Shown piece by piece: positions 28,764 through 37,259 of a stretch of DNA of 41,872 nt; the stretch's first letter is position 1, and each line of letters opens with the position of its first letter. The translations under genes were made by a program, and so were the position numbers. Under the pieces are notes generated by a model. The model searched no databases. It was not told the origin of the DNA and saw only the letters and a list, made by a program, of their open reading frames with translations. This stretch comes from a virus (Duplodnaviria; Caudoviricetes): the IMG/VR virus record IMGVR_UViG_3300023435_000005, positions 1 to 41,872 of that record; one strand, given 5' to 3'.

Positions 28764-28993
28764 TTCTTCCCCTTTATGATACGCAAATTATTCTTCGCAT
28801 TCATCATCTGAATCGTCTCCTTCTGCATTACCTCCTTAACCGCCCTGATTGTACGATCTAACATAATCTTATCTAAAAAAGTACGAAGAATCTCCATAAT
28901 CTGCTGTTCCTCAACATCGTCACGATCAAACTTCCAGCTTAAACTCCCGTCAGCCTTCGCCGTTATTGTAATTACTAAATCTTTTGGTTCCAT
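28760..28993 (-). CDS. Hypothetical protein
   Basis: Coupled ORF. Confidence 0.6.
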   Translation of the reverse strand: MEPKDLVITITAKADGSLSWKFDRDDVEEQQIMEILRTFLDKIMLDRTIRAVKEVMQKETIQMMNAKNNLRIIKGKN

Positions 28994-29404
28994 CTAAAAC
29001 CCCAATCTTTTTCTACTGATTAATCCTCGGTGATACTCACTCGTACACACCATCAAATTACCCTCTACGTCAAAAATACCCTCGTTAACCGTAAAATCCC
29101 TTTTAAGAACACTTTTACCCTTAGACCTTAATTTACCATTACCGCGTTCATTATGGCGGTACTCACGCATATAACGAAGCCGCTTCTCTCTCTGAATGTC
29201 CAAAGGTACACGCACCGCACCCTTGTCAGAACGAACCCGCTTCTTATACTTCCTCGGGTTACCCGTCTTCTCACGAATCTTCTTAAATCCCGCAGGACTC
29301 AACCCATACACCTTAGCAATCGACCTGTCAGACAATCCTTCTATCTCGTACTGAAGTACCTGTGACCAATCTATCTCTATGCCCGATCTCGTCGTGTAGG
29401 TCAT
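28994..29404 (-). CDS. Basic putative DNA-binding protein (HTH-like + RSDKG motif)
   Basis: GLSDRSIAKVYGLS; KKRVRSDKG. Confidence 0.55.
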   Translation of the reverse strand: MTYTTRSGIEIDWSQVLQYEIEGLSDRSIAKVYGLSPAGFKKIREKTGNPRKYKKRVRSDKGAVRVPLDIQREKRLRYMREYRHNERGNGKLRSKGKSVLKRDFTVNEGIFDVEGNLMVCTSEYHRGLISRKRLGF

Positions 29405-29628
29405 TGCTCTTTCATCAACGTCTTTAATAGCTCTATCTCTTTCTCAAGCATGCCCATCCTTTTGTCAAATATACTGCGTAAACCGTTAAAAGATTTATCT
29501 ACCAAATCCTGAACCGCCCGCTTTTGGTGTTCCAGCCTACACTGGGCAGACCTTTCTTGTATCATAGTATTATACTTCTTCTCAGTACTGTCCCAATATA
29601 AAAATTGATCATAACTTATCCAAGGCAT
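29401..29628 (-). CDS. Hypothetical coiled-coil protein
   Basis: RBS AGGAG; promoter just upstream. Confidence 0.6.
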   Translation of the reverse strand: MPWISYDQFLYWDSTEKKYNTMIQERSAQCRLEHQKRAVQDLVDKSFNGLRSIFDKRMGMLEKEIELLKTLMKEQ

Positions 29629-29648
29629 AACTCTTCTCCTTTATTCCC

Positions 29649-29676
29649 AAGTTAACACAATTTCTACAAATGTCAA
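29649..29676 (-). promoter_or_regulatory. Sigma70-type promoter for the ORFs leading to terL
   Basis: TTGACA-16 nt-TAACTT with upstream TG. Confidence 0.55.
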
Positions 29677-29958
29677 GTCTTTTTTATGTTAACTTCGATA
29701 TGTTGAATCCCCCCCGATTTTATACCCCGTATACAACTCTTATTTGTGGGTGAGGGATGTAGCGTATCATATGGGCACACCCCCCATTGCGTTTTCGAGG
29801 GCCGATATGCACGAAGCACACCCCCCCCCCTATCTAACAGGCCAATACTATGACAATACTATACATTGTGTTGGTTAACATAAGTATAATGAGTTTACAT
29901 AGTGTATATTATATAACATTTTTGGCGTTGTTAATTAAGGACTTAGGGTAGGCGTGTG

Positions 29959-30411
29959 TCAATCTGTCACTTGAGCAACTGGAATATCATCTAAAATGGA
30001 GCGTACTTCTTGGCTTGCGTTGTCTATGGTGATCTGTGTATTGATCTGTACTTGTGGGCCCGGTCTATATGTTTCGGGCCGATGCGATTCAAGGAAAAAT
30101 TTACGGTCATTATAACCTTCGCGTGACTGCTGTATAGCGATTTTTAACCCACTTTGCTCTACTTGATCTAACCAGGCTTGCTTGACTTCATCTATTGCCC
30201 TGGCTAGGTCGGGGTCGGTCTGTATGGCTTTAATCAGTGTCTGTCTGTGTATACCAACAGATTGAGCCGCTTTGCTTATGTTGTAATCGGTGCCTAATGA
30301 CTTCAACACTTCCAACTTTTTCTTTCTGGTAAGCTTGGTTTGTTTATGTAGTGGCCTGAGTGCTTGTCCCGGATCTGGAATGGAAATTTGTGTTATTTGT
30401 TGTTCATTCAT
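29959..30411 (-). CDS. terS: Terminase small subunit (HTH type)
   Basis: NISKAAQSVGIHRQT HTH; DPDLARAI; FFLESHRPETY; upstream of terL. Confidence 0.75.
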   Translation of the reverse strand: MNEQQITQISIPDPGQALRPLHKQTKLTRKKKLEVLKSLGTDYNISKAAQSVGIHRQTLIKAIQTDPDLARAIDEVKQAWLDQVEQSGLKIAIQQSREGYNDRKFFLESHRPETYRPGPQVQINTQITIDNASQEVRSILDDIPVAQVTD

Positions 30412-30417
30412 GGTTAT

Positions 30418-30446
30418 ATATTACAATAATAGGCTGAAAAAGTCAA
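30418..30446 (-). promoter_or_regulatory. terS promoter, probably giving a leaderless mRNA
   Basis: TTGACT-17 nt-TAATAT; ATG lies 6 nt after the -10 box and there is no SD. Confidence 0.6.
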
Positions 30447-30635
30447 GTTTGATGTGATTCGTGGGATTTTCTCCGCCCTGCCTCCCCTGTCAAGATTTAA
30501 AAAATCTTTGCCCGTTTGCAGAAATGACAATTACTTTCACTGGCTGTCATCATACCCATTTCAGATTTATCCGTTAGTACTATGCCTTATGGACAGACTT
30601 GAGCAGGCTTTGCCGATTATGCCGTTTGACATATA

Positions 30636-30812
30636 TTATATCCCGGCTAGATCACAAGCCTTTAAAAGTGTTTTCCTGGTTTCTGTTTCTTTTACGGCCT
30701 TTAATCGGCTTCTGCATCTTTGCGCCCTTAGATTTATGTATTCCATCATCCAGGGGGTATCGTATTTAAGTCTTTCACGGTCTGCCAGGTCTTGTTTGAT
30801 TGTTCCTATCAT
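30636..30812 (-). CDS. Small hypothetical protein, 58 aa (not in ORF track)
   Basis: MIGTIKQDLADRERLKYDTPW...KACDLAGI; upstream TTGCAA-16-TATAAT. Confidence 0.5.
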   Translation of the reverse strand: MIGTIKQDLADRERLKYDTPWMMEYINLRAQRCRSRLKAVKETETRKTLLKACDLAGI

Positions 30813-30935
30813 ACCCCTATTATAAGGAATATAATTTAAATTGCAAATATTTCTTAGTTTTAAATGCTATGGCCTTGAGTTTTACAAATAATCCCGGTTG
30901 CTCAATGCTATGACCTTGAACAGATAAAATACCTA

Positions 30936-30970
30936 TTGACATAGTATTACAATGGTATTATATTAATACC
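30936..30970 (+). promoter_or_regulatory. Early promoter with overlapping palindrome
   Basis: TTGACA (30936-41)-17 nt-TATATT (30959-64); GGTATTA-TAT-TAATACC at 30954-30970. Confidence 0.75.
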
Positions 30971-30998
30971 AGCATCAACAATAAAAGGAGATTTAAAG

Positions 30999-31151
30999 AT
31001 GAAAACAATTAAACAGATGGTTTACTTGAAGATCAAGAATTATAATTATGACAGGACATCTACAAACATGCAGTCGTCCAAACAGGTCCTTGCTTATCTT
31101 AATCAATTTAGCGCTAAATCATTACATGTTATGCTGTACGGCAGAGTATAA
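30999..31151 (+). CDS. First early gene, 50 aa (not in ORF track)
   Basis: Strong RBS AAGGAG; MKTIKQMVYLKIK...LYGRV. Confidence 0.65.
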   Translation: MKTIKQMVYLKIKNYNYDRTSTNMQSSKQVLAYLNQFSAKSLHVMLYGRV

Positions 31152-31185
31152 TATTAACGAGTCTAATCAAAGAAAGGGCAAAACC

Positions 31186-31413
31186 ATGAGATATTTATTT
31201 ATTGACATCAGTCTGGCAAAGAACAAAGTTGTTCACTTGTTGGGAATGGGACCGGTCAGCACGGACAATTATTACAACCGGCTGCTTGATCAGCTTAATA
31301 AATACGAATCACAAATGGATAAATCAAGCGTATTCGACAACACTGAAATAAACAGGATTGCAAGAAACTTTGATTGCTTTATTAAGAGACACCAAATTTA
31401 TAAGTCTAACTGA
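31186..31413 (+). CDS. Early hypothetical protein (start revised from 31048)
   Basis: RBS AAGGG before ATG 31186. Confidence 0.6.
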   Translation: MRYLFIDISLAKNKVVHLLGMGPVSTDNYYNRLLDQLNKYESQMDKSSVFDNTEINRIARNFDCFIKRHQIYKSN

Positions 31414-31434
31414 AGAGCTGTAAAGGGGAGTGAG

Positions 31435-31803
31435 ATGTTTAAATTATTAAAAGCAAGGACCGTGCAAAAGATTAATTACATAAAAAACAAAAACGGAATT
31501 AAAGCCTTTGGGTGTAAACAAGATGAACTTATTATTTTTACAAAAGACGAGTTAAAAGAGTTGAATGACTCCGGCTTAATATCCGATGGTATGTACCATA
31601 TTCAGTTATTGGTTTTGGGTGATGACAAAAGACTAAGAGAACAATTGATTAATCATATTGCTACATTAAAAAACGAATATACGAAAAAAGAAAGAGTTGC
31701 ATCTATAGAGATGGTCGAAGCTTGTAATGGTCATCAATTGCTATATTCACGCAATTTTTACCAAGGATATAAAAGATGTGACCCAGCTAACCCAATCTAC
31801 TAA
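31435..31803 (+). CDS. Early hypothetical protein
   Basis: RBS GGGGAG. Confidence 0.6.
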   Translation: MFKLLKARTVQKINYIKNKNGIKAFGCKQDELIIFTKDELKELNDSGLISDGMYHIQLLVLGDDKRLREQLINHIATLKNEYTKKERVASIEMVEACNGHQLLYSRNFYQGYKRCDPANPIY

Positions 31804-31852
31804 GCCTAACCGACGAGTCCTAATGGACGAAACGCTGTGAAGCGTCTTAGAC
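31804..31852 (+). ncRNA. Minimal type I hammerhead ribozyme (U4C core variant)
   Basis: Stem I GCCUAA/UUAGAC, core CCGACGA, stem II GUCC-UAAU-GGAC, GAAA, stem III CGCU-GUGA-AGCG, cleavage triplet GUC ending at 31846. Confidence 0.75.
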
Positions 31853-31872
31853 AACTAATAAAGGAATATATT

Positions 31873-32142
31873 ATGAAGGAATACAAAGAAACATACCTAG
31901 GAATAGCCAGAGATGCTAACACTTTCTTTTTGCAGGTTTCAGACGATGTAAACCAGCTTGACCCTGATCTTCTACTATGTGACTGCAAGTTCTGGCTTGA
32001 TAATAATTTTGAATTAGACGCTGACCAGGTAACTGATTTTGCAATCGAAAACAACTGCTGGGCTATTGAACTTAAAATAAACAGTTCTTATTCATTGTTA
32101 GAATATGATAAAGAATTAAAAGATTATAAAGTTACTAACTAA
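31873..32142 (+). CDS. Early hypothetical acidic protein (start revised to 31873)
   Basis: RBS AAGGA. Confidence 0.6.
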   Translation: MKEYKETYLGIARDANTFFLQVSDDVNQLDPDLLLCDCKFWLDNNFELDADQVTDFAIENNCWAIELKINSSYSLLEYDKELKDYKVTN

Positions 32143-32154
32143 AAGAGGTGTATT

Positions 32155-32550
32155 ATGAAATATTTAAATGATTATCAAGATGCAGCACAAACGGCACTTT
32201 TTAATAAAACAGGCTCTTTCTTTGCATTCGGCGATAAGCAATTTGACGAAGCTAAAAAAGACGGTGTTAAATATGTAAATATGGGAGCTGGTTTAATCTG
32301 CCCGGATAATACTGTAAAAGAATTAATTAACGGATTGGACAGCATCAACAAAGATGCAGTCAAGCAAGATGTAGAAGAGAATGGAATTAAAAATATTATA
32401 TGGCGTGAACTCGCAAACCATGAATGTCAGATCACAATGGATATTGCGGACGCGGTTTCTAAATTAGAAAATTATCCCATTACCAAGAAAGAGATTACCG
32501 CCCAGTGGAAACCATATTTTCAGCATTGTGTTGATAACGATTATTTCTAA
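32155..32550 (+). CDS. Conserved phage early hypothetical protein
   Basis: GSFFAFGDKQFDEA, YVNMGAGLICP, RELANHEC; RBS GAGGTG. Confidence 0.7.
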   Translation: MKYLNDYQDAAQTALFNKTGSFFAFGDKQFDEAKKDGVKYVNMGAGLICPDNTVKELINGLDSINKDAVKQDVEENGIKNIIWRELANHECQITMDIADAVSKLENYPITKKEITAQWKPYFQHCVDNDYF

Positions 32551-32577
32551 ACTTAAACCAATTTAAGAGGTGATAAG

Positions 32578-32832
32578 ATGAAACGAGTAAAAATAAACGG
32601 GCAATTCTTCAAGCCTGTAAATTACTGCAAAAAGACCGGCCGATTTTATCTGGATTGCAGAGGGAAAGATATAAGCTTTGACAGATGGCGGATATGCTTT
32701 TATTATCATCGTAACTTTGCAACAACAGTATTTTTTCATTCTGAGAAAAGATATAATGAGTATATTACTGAAAATGATAATGGATATAAAAATTATACTA
32801 AATTTGCAGAAGAAAACAATTATTACATCTAA
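32578..32832 (+). CDS. Early hypothetical protein
   Basis: RBS GAGGTG. Confidence 0.6.
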   Translation: MKRVKINGQFFKPVNYCKKTGRFYLDCRGKDISFDRWRICFYYHRNFATTVFFHSEKRYNEYITENDNGYKNYTKFAEENNYYI

Positions 32833-32863
32833 CCCAGGGCTAACCGCCTGATAGGAGTAAATT

Positions 32864-33214
32864 ATGCTAAATAACTTCGACAATATTAAATACCGGGGCA
32901 AAGTTATTGATACTGGAATCATAATTGGGATGCGAAAATACCGCTGGTCACTAAAAAGAAAGTATCAGCCCTTATTCGCTAAAAATGGCGAGTATTGCAG
33001 TGTCTTATCAGATCACAGGCAAAATTTTACCGTCTACATACCCAAATCACTATTAAAGGTAAACGAGGTTTATACGGTCTCAGACTGCGGCAATGTGTAC
33101 AAGTTCAGAATAATCAAGATTAATAAACATAGTTATGAATCTAAAACAATATCATTTAAATTGAAGCCGGTTAAGCCTATTGTAATTGATGAGCCGGCAC
33201 CCTGGGAACTATAA
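32864..33214 (+). CDS. Early hypothetical protein
   Basis: RBS AGGAG. Confidence 0.6.
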   Translation: MLNNFDNIKYRGKVIDTGIIIGMRKYRWSLKRKYQPLFAKNGEYCSVLSDHRQNFTVYIPKSLLKVNEVYTVSDCGNVYKFRIIKINKHSYESKTISFKLKPVKPIVIDEPAPWEL

Positions 33215-33229
33215 CCAAAGGAGTAAATT

Positions 33230-33481
33230 ATGAAACCTGATTATTATGCAATGGATTTACTGCTGGGAGACCAATCCCCAATAGAAACGAATTACTATTT
33301 TTATTATCCAGACGAAAATACATACATTGTAAAAATGACCAGGCTTGACGTTTTATCCTGGTTGAAAAATTATCGAAAATCTGGTAAGACCTTTCAGATA
33401 ATTAAAATGTGCTTTGGTTATTATATTTTAAATAATTATCCAAACACGGCCAGCCCATGTATTTTAAAAGTTAAGGAGTAA
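33230..33481 (+). CDS. Early hypothetical protein
   Basis: RBS AGGAG. Confidence 0.6.
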   Translation: MKPDYYAMDLLLGDQSPIETNYYFYYPDENTYIVKMTRLDVLSWLKNYRKSGKTFQIIKMCFGYYILNNYPNTASPCILKVKE

Positions 33482-33484
33482 ATT

Positions 33485-33586
33485 ATGGAATATGCAATAA
33501 CAATAACGAGTTTATCAATAGCCGCTGGTCTTTTGTGGGGATGGTTCGAGACTCACAATACCTGCGCAGATGGGAGTTTGAAATGA
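33485..33586 (+). CDS. 33-aa membrane peptide (not in ORF track)
   Basis: Same AGGAGTAAATTATG start cassette as the two upstream genes; MEYAITITSLSIAAGLLWGWFE... Confidence 0.55.
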   Translation: MEYAITITSLSIAAGLLWGWFETHNTCADGSLK

Positions 33587-33822
33587 CAAAAACACAATTC
33601 AGACAAAAAGTAAAATCCCTGAAACCAAATATTGACAAATTGATCGACGACCTGATTGAGAAAGCAATTGAATCAGGTACAATAGACTTCGATGCATGGG
33701 AAGACGATTTTCTATTCCCGAAAATATTCATGTGTGCAGTTGCGAAAGAAATTTCCTTCCAGTATATGCCGCATCACCCGGAACATTTTAGAGAAGTGGG
33801 ACGTCTGGAGTGTTCCCTATGA
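33583..33822 (+). CDS. Early hypothetical protein (start revised to 33583)
   Basis: RBS GGGAG; ATGA overlap. Confidence 0.6.
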   Translation: MTKTQFRQKVKSLKPNIDKLIDDLIEKAIESGTIDFDAWEDDFLFPKIFMCAVAKEISFQYMPHHPEHFREVGRLECSL

Positions 33823-33995
33823 AAAGGAAATACCACAAGAAGCATAAAGAGCCGCTGATAGGTGTTAGCCTTAGAATACCGGAAGCTGTTCATGTATGGT
33901 TTATAAAACGAGCAACACGTGAATACCCCATGAATGATGCGATGATCGAAGCTTTAAAAGAATTTATGAAATCCCGCCGTAAACCCTCAAAATAA
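33819..33995 (+). CDS. Ribbon-helix-helix (Arc/CopG-like) regulator
   Basis: GVSLRIPEAVH...MNDAMIEALKEFM; last gene of the early operon. Confidence 0.65.
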   Translation: MKRKYHKKHKEPLIGVSLRIPEAVHVWFIKRATREYPMNDAMIEALKEFMKSRRKPSK

Positions 33996-34008
33996 GCCTT
34001 CCTTAACG

Positions 34009-34041
34009 AGTCCCGTATTTAGCCTGTGCGGGACTTTCTTT
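34009..34041 (+). terminator. Intrinsic terminator between convergent operons
   Basis: AGTCCCGTA-loop-TGCGGGACT followed by TTCTTT. Confidence 0.75.
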
Positions 34042-34074
34042 GTCTGCCCCTTACAATGGGGGCCAAAACACCGT

Positions 34075-34254
34075 TCATGTTATTTTTCTCTTTTCCCTAA
34101 AATCCGTCACCATTTCTCGATCCATCAAGCCTGCCTTGAAAAGCCAGCTTTCAAATTCCATCATCAAGCCATCGATACCAATATGCAAAAGCATAATTTG
34201 CAAATCTTCGACCTCTTCATCTAAAAATATTTGATATAACATTTCATCTCCCAT
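34075..34254 (-). CDS. Hypothetical protein, 59 aa (not in ORF track)
   Basis: RBS AGGAG; MGDEMLYQIFLDEEVEDLQ... Confidence 0.55.
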   Translation of the reverse strand: MGDEMLYQIFLDEEVEDLQIMLLHIGIDGLMMEFESWLFKAGLMDREMVTDFREKRKIT

Positions 34255-34268
34255 TTAATTTCTTCTCC

Positions 34269-34574
34269 TTATACCTTCGCACGGACAATCTTCAACCCGT
34301 GTTGTTCTAGTTCTGCAATTAAATCGGGTATTCCCGTGTCAGTATAGACTTCTTCGAATGTGTTATATATGGATTTCCAAATTAACGGAAAGTCTTTTTG
34401 TGTGATCGCCGCGCTCTCGTTCGTTGCTTTGGCTATCCACTTTAAACACTTGGTAACATCAATTATATCTTCACAATTGTTAAAACAAACTCTATTAAAT
34501 CTGATACATTGTTTATTATAACATTCCATAATCTTAATAAAATCCCCGTGAAAACTCACCTGTTTTGTTTTCAT
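34269..34574 (-). CDS. Hypothetical protein
   Basis: ORF in operon orientation. Confidence 0.55.
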   Translation of the reverse strand: MKTKQVSFHGDFIKIMECYNKQCIRFNRVCFNNCEDIIDVTKCLKWIAKATNESAAITQKDFPLIWKSIYNTFEEVYTDTGIPDLIAELEQHGLKIVRAKV

Positions 34575-34630
34575 TCACTTCACTGAACTTGTTGAGGCTC
34601 TAAAACCGGGGATTCAGTCCTTTCGGTTAG

Positions 34631-34822
34631 TTAGACATCAATTTCTTCTAATGGTTTATCAACAATTCTATGACAGGCTAACATTACAGGAAACACAGAT
34701 TTTCTAAAGCTTGCGGCCCTCTCCCGCTTGCCTTCTTTTGGCACGATGCCCCAGTGCTTTCCCTTGGCATAAATTATTATGCGGACATCTTCAATATCTT
34801 TTTCTTCAAATGGTGCTTTCAT
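34631..34822 (-). CDS. Hypothetical protein
   Basis: RBS GGAGG. Confidence 0.55.
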   Translation of the reverse strand: MKAPFEEKDIEDVRIIIYAKGKHWGIVPKEGKRERAASFRKSVFPVMLACHRIVDKPLEEIDV

Positions 34823-35102
34823 CTTCCCTCCGGGGCCTTAGGCTTAATTTCTTTTTCTCAGCATCCCATGTTTTTTTTGCAAGCCCTTTTTTAGTCAACA
34901 AACACCATTTATCATAATTATTTTCCTTCCACCACGTACCAAATTTAACTTCCCTGCTATCGTCCGCCGCTTCTAATATAATTTGGTTTCTTTTGACTAG
35001 CTTCTCTAAGACGCTTTGCAGTTCAGCATAATCAGCATATTTTGAGTCTGCACCGATATATTCTATAATGCTTTTTAATGTTCTTCTGACATCATCTTCC
35101 AC
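34806..35102 (-). CDS. Hypothetical protein
   Basis: RBS GAGGG, GTG start. Confidence 0.55.
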   Translation of the reverse strand: MEDDVRRTLKSIIEYIGADSKYADYAELQSVLEKLVKRNQIILEAADDSREVKFGTWWKENNYDKWCLLTKKGLAKKTWDAEKKKLSLRPRREDESTI

Positions 35103-35119
35103 AATACCCTCACTTTGCT

Positions 35120-35302
35120 TTAAAATGGTAAAATTTCTTCTGATAATGGCTCAATCTGCTTGCTGTGCAAAATAGTCTGGGCCCAGATAATATCTTCGTT
35201 ATTGTGCTTATCTTCGTTTCTAAGAATATGCTCAGCCCGTTTAATTTCTATCTCACGAATTACTGTCGGCAGTGTGCAGCTAATATGGCAGGGGTGTTTC
35301 AT
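35120..35302 (-). CDS. Hypothetical protein
   Basis: Overlaps the helicase end; ends ILPF. Confidence 0.5.
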   Translation of the reverse strand: MKHPCHISCTLPTVIREIEIKRAEHILRNEDKHNNEDIIWAQTILHSKQIEPLSEEILPF

Positions 35303-36611
35303 AGTGTCCGCTCCCTTTTATATAATTTAATCCTACTTTTCCGATCTTGCCAAAATCCTTAATTCTTATCTTCTGAATGCAGACAGACACCTGGTCAGTT
35401 GCAAAATCCCGGTAAATAGATAAACAATTATCTGGCTTATTCCACCAGTTGGCAGACCCGGAAATATCATACGGTGTCGCTATCGGGTATTTTCCATCTT
35501 CTTTTTTAAGCTTGGTAGGATGAGCAATTATGAATAAATGACATTTGTTCTTAATGGCTTCGTCCCGCATTTTCATTAACGACATTCCGATGTATTCTGT
35601 TTCCGTCATCCCGTTCGGCCTTGTATGCTCTATCTCATTCCAGGGATCGATTACTATCCCATCGGCACCTTCTAAATTCTTTCTAATAGCACTCAGCACG
35701 GTTTCCAGTTTCCGATCAACGGTAAAAGGATTTATAAATTTAAAATTAGGATATACAAATTCATTTAAAACTTTGGTATATTTTTCTTTTGTAAAGCCTC
35801 TCGTATTATCGTATTTAAACATAGGCTCTTCAAGATACTTTTCAACCAATGATCTAACCTGCCTGCTGACCGGCATATTCTCAGGAGAAAACACAACCCA
35901 CTTCCATTTCGACTGGTGTGTAAGGTTTACCATTAATGCATCCATCCAGTTAGATTTCCCGCTTCCGGGGATCCCAGTTATTACAGTTTGCTGTGATTTG
36001 CCGACCGTCCAGTATTCATCAATATTTGCCCAGCCCGTGGAAACGCTTTTCTCCCCGCCAGTTTCATAATATTCATCAAAGTCTGATTTCATAACATCTT
36101 TAGGAATTATAATTTTGTCACTAAGACCCTTCTTTGTCCCAATATCTGACAACTCAGAAAACTTGTTTTCGGCATAGCTCAACAGAGTAGTAGTTTCTTC
36201 ACTCTGTTCATAAGCCCTGTTTATAAGCATATCACATTCTTTTATCAGAAACCTGGATAATGCCCGCTCTTTAATAACATCAAGATAGTGTTCTATATTT
36301 ACGGAAGAAGGCGTAGAATTTACAATTTCAGCTAAATAATAAAAACCGCCAGATTCATCAAGGCTGCCGCGCTCTTTAAGTATCTCGGATATGCTCAGAG
36401 GATCTATTTCAATATTCTTGTTAAATAATTCGACAATGACTGTAAATATTTCCCGGTGACTATTTTTATAATAATATTCAGGCTCTATAATTTCAATGGC
36501 CAGGGAAACAGCGTCTTTATCAAGTATCATTGCCGCCAAAGAAGCCTGCTCCATATCTACAGCTTGGGGAGGAACACGCAATAACATATCCTGTTCAATT
36601 TTCTTGCTCAT
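35280..36611 (-). CDS. Replicative SF4 helicase: DnaB N-terminal domain + Twinkle/T7 gp4-type motor
   Basis: RVPPQAVDMEQ...HREIF (DnaB_N); GIPGSGKS, FSPEN, VIDPWN, IAHPTK, YDISGSANWWNKPDN. Confidence 0.9.
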   Translation of the reverse strand: MSKKIEQDMLLRVPPQAVDMEQASLAAMILDKDAVSLAIEIIEPEYYYKNSHREIFTVIVELFNKNIEIDPLSISEILKERGSLDESGGFYYLAEIVNSTPSSVNIEHYLDVIKERALSRFLIKECDMLINRAYEQSEETTTLLSYAENKFSELSDIGTKKGLSDKIIIPKDVMKSDFDEYYETGGEKSVSTGWANIDEYWTVGKSQQTVITGIPGSGKSNWMDALMVNLTHQSKWKWVVFSPENMPVSRQVRSLVEKYLEEPMFKYDNTRGFTKEKYTKVLNEFVYPNFKFINPFTVDRKLETVLSAIRKNLEGADGIVIDPWNEIEHTRPNGMTETEYIGMSLMKMRDEAIKNKCHLFIIAHPTKLKKEDGKYPIATPYDISGSANWWNKPDNCLSIYRDFATDQVSVCIQKIRIKDFGKIGKVGLNYIKGSGHYETPLPY

Positions 36612-37249
36612 ATAAAATCCAATCCCTTGTTGCCATTATTATTAATATCCCATTTGCGGGAATTACTAACAGCGGCTTTCCAGTTTTTCATTTTACTTTT
36701 CCCGACCATCCAGTTTTTAGATTCGTAGAAATTTATAAAATATTCTATATCAATTGTATAATCTTTTTCCTTGCAGTAAGATTCAACATCATTAAAAGTA
36801 GGTACTATAAATACTGTTCTTTCTTTCTTTAGTTCTTTAGTTGATGTTAGCTGTGTGTTAGCTGTCTGTTGGCTGTCTGTTAGGTCGCCTTGGTATGCAT
36901 CATATTCTATTATAGTTAGCCGTGTTGTTTTTCGGAGTCCATCCAGGTTAATCATTTCATCATTTTGCAAAAGCTTAAAAAAAGTCCTAACATTTTGGAG
37001 TGACCAATTCCTGCCGAATTTCTTTACCCATGTATCTAAACTGTAAACTGACTGCCCTCTTTTACATTCAATTAATTCTCCGCCAATTAATATTTTTTTA
37101 TCTATAAAATTAACTTTTAATAACATTATAATCCATGCTTTTAAATATTTTTCGTTTTCAAAAATCCAATGCTTTTCGATTGAACGATAAAGTTTAATCC
37201 AGCCGGTTATATAATTATTTTCATAGTCAGATACTGTTTCAGGAGGCAT
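36608..37249 (-). CDS. Phage replication initiator / replisome organiser
   Basis: GWIKLYRSI N-terminus; FINFYESKNW...MKNWKAA C-terminus; coupled to helicase; internal iterons. Confidence 0.8.
   Translation of the reverse strand: MPPETVSDYENNYITGWIKLYRSIEKHWIFENEKYLKAWIIMLLKVNFIDKKILIGGELIECKRGQSVYSLDTWVKKFGRNWSLQNVRTFFKLLQNDEMINLDGLRKTTRLTIIEYDAYQGDLTDSQQTANTQLTSTKELKKERTVFIVPTFNDVESYCKEKDYTIDIEYFINFYESKNWMVGKSKMKNWKAAVSNSRKWDINNNGNKGLDFI
36845..36888. repeat. Four tandem 11-bp iterons (putative replication origin inside the initiator gene)
   Basis: TGTTAGCTGTG, TGTTAGCTGTC, TGTTGGCTGTC, TGTTAGGTCGC next to an AT-rich tract. Confidence 0.75.
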
Positions 37250-37259
37250 AGAATATCCA

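Noticed and set aside
30454-30825. 123-aa + strand ORF
   Set aside because: No RBS; the promoter and a plausible 58-aa ORF are on the - strand
31048-31185. N-terminal extension of ORF 31048-31413
   Set aside because: It overlaps a better-supported 50-aa gene (30999-31151); the RBS supports a start at 31186
36845-36888. Tandem repeat as a CRISPR or mini-array
   Set aside because: There are no spacers; 11-bp units inside an initiator gene fit iterons
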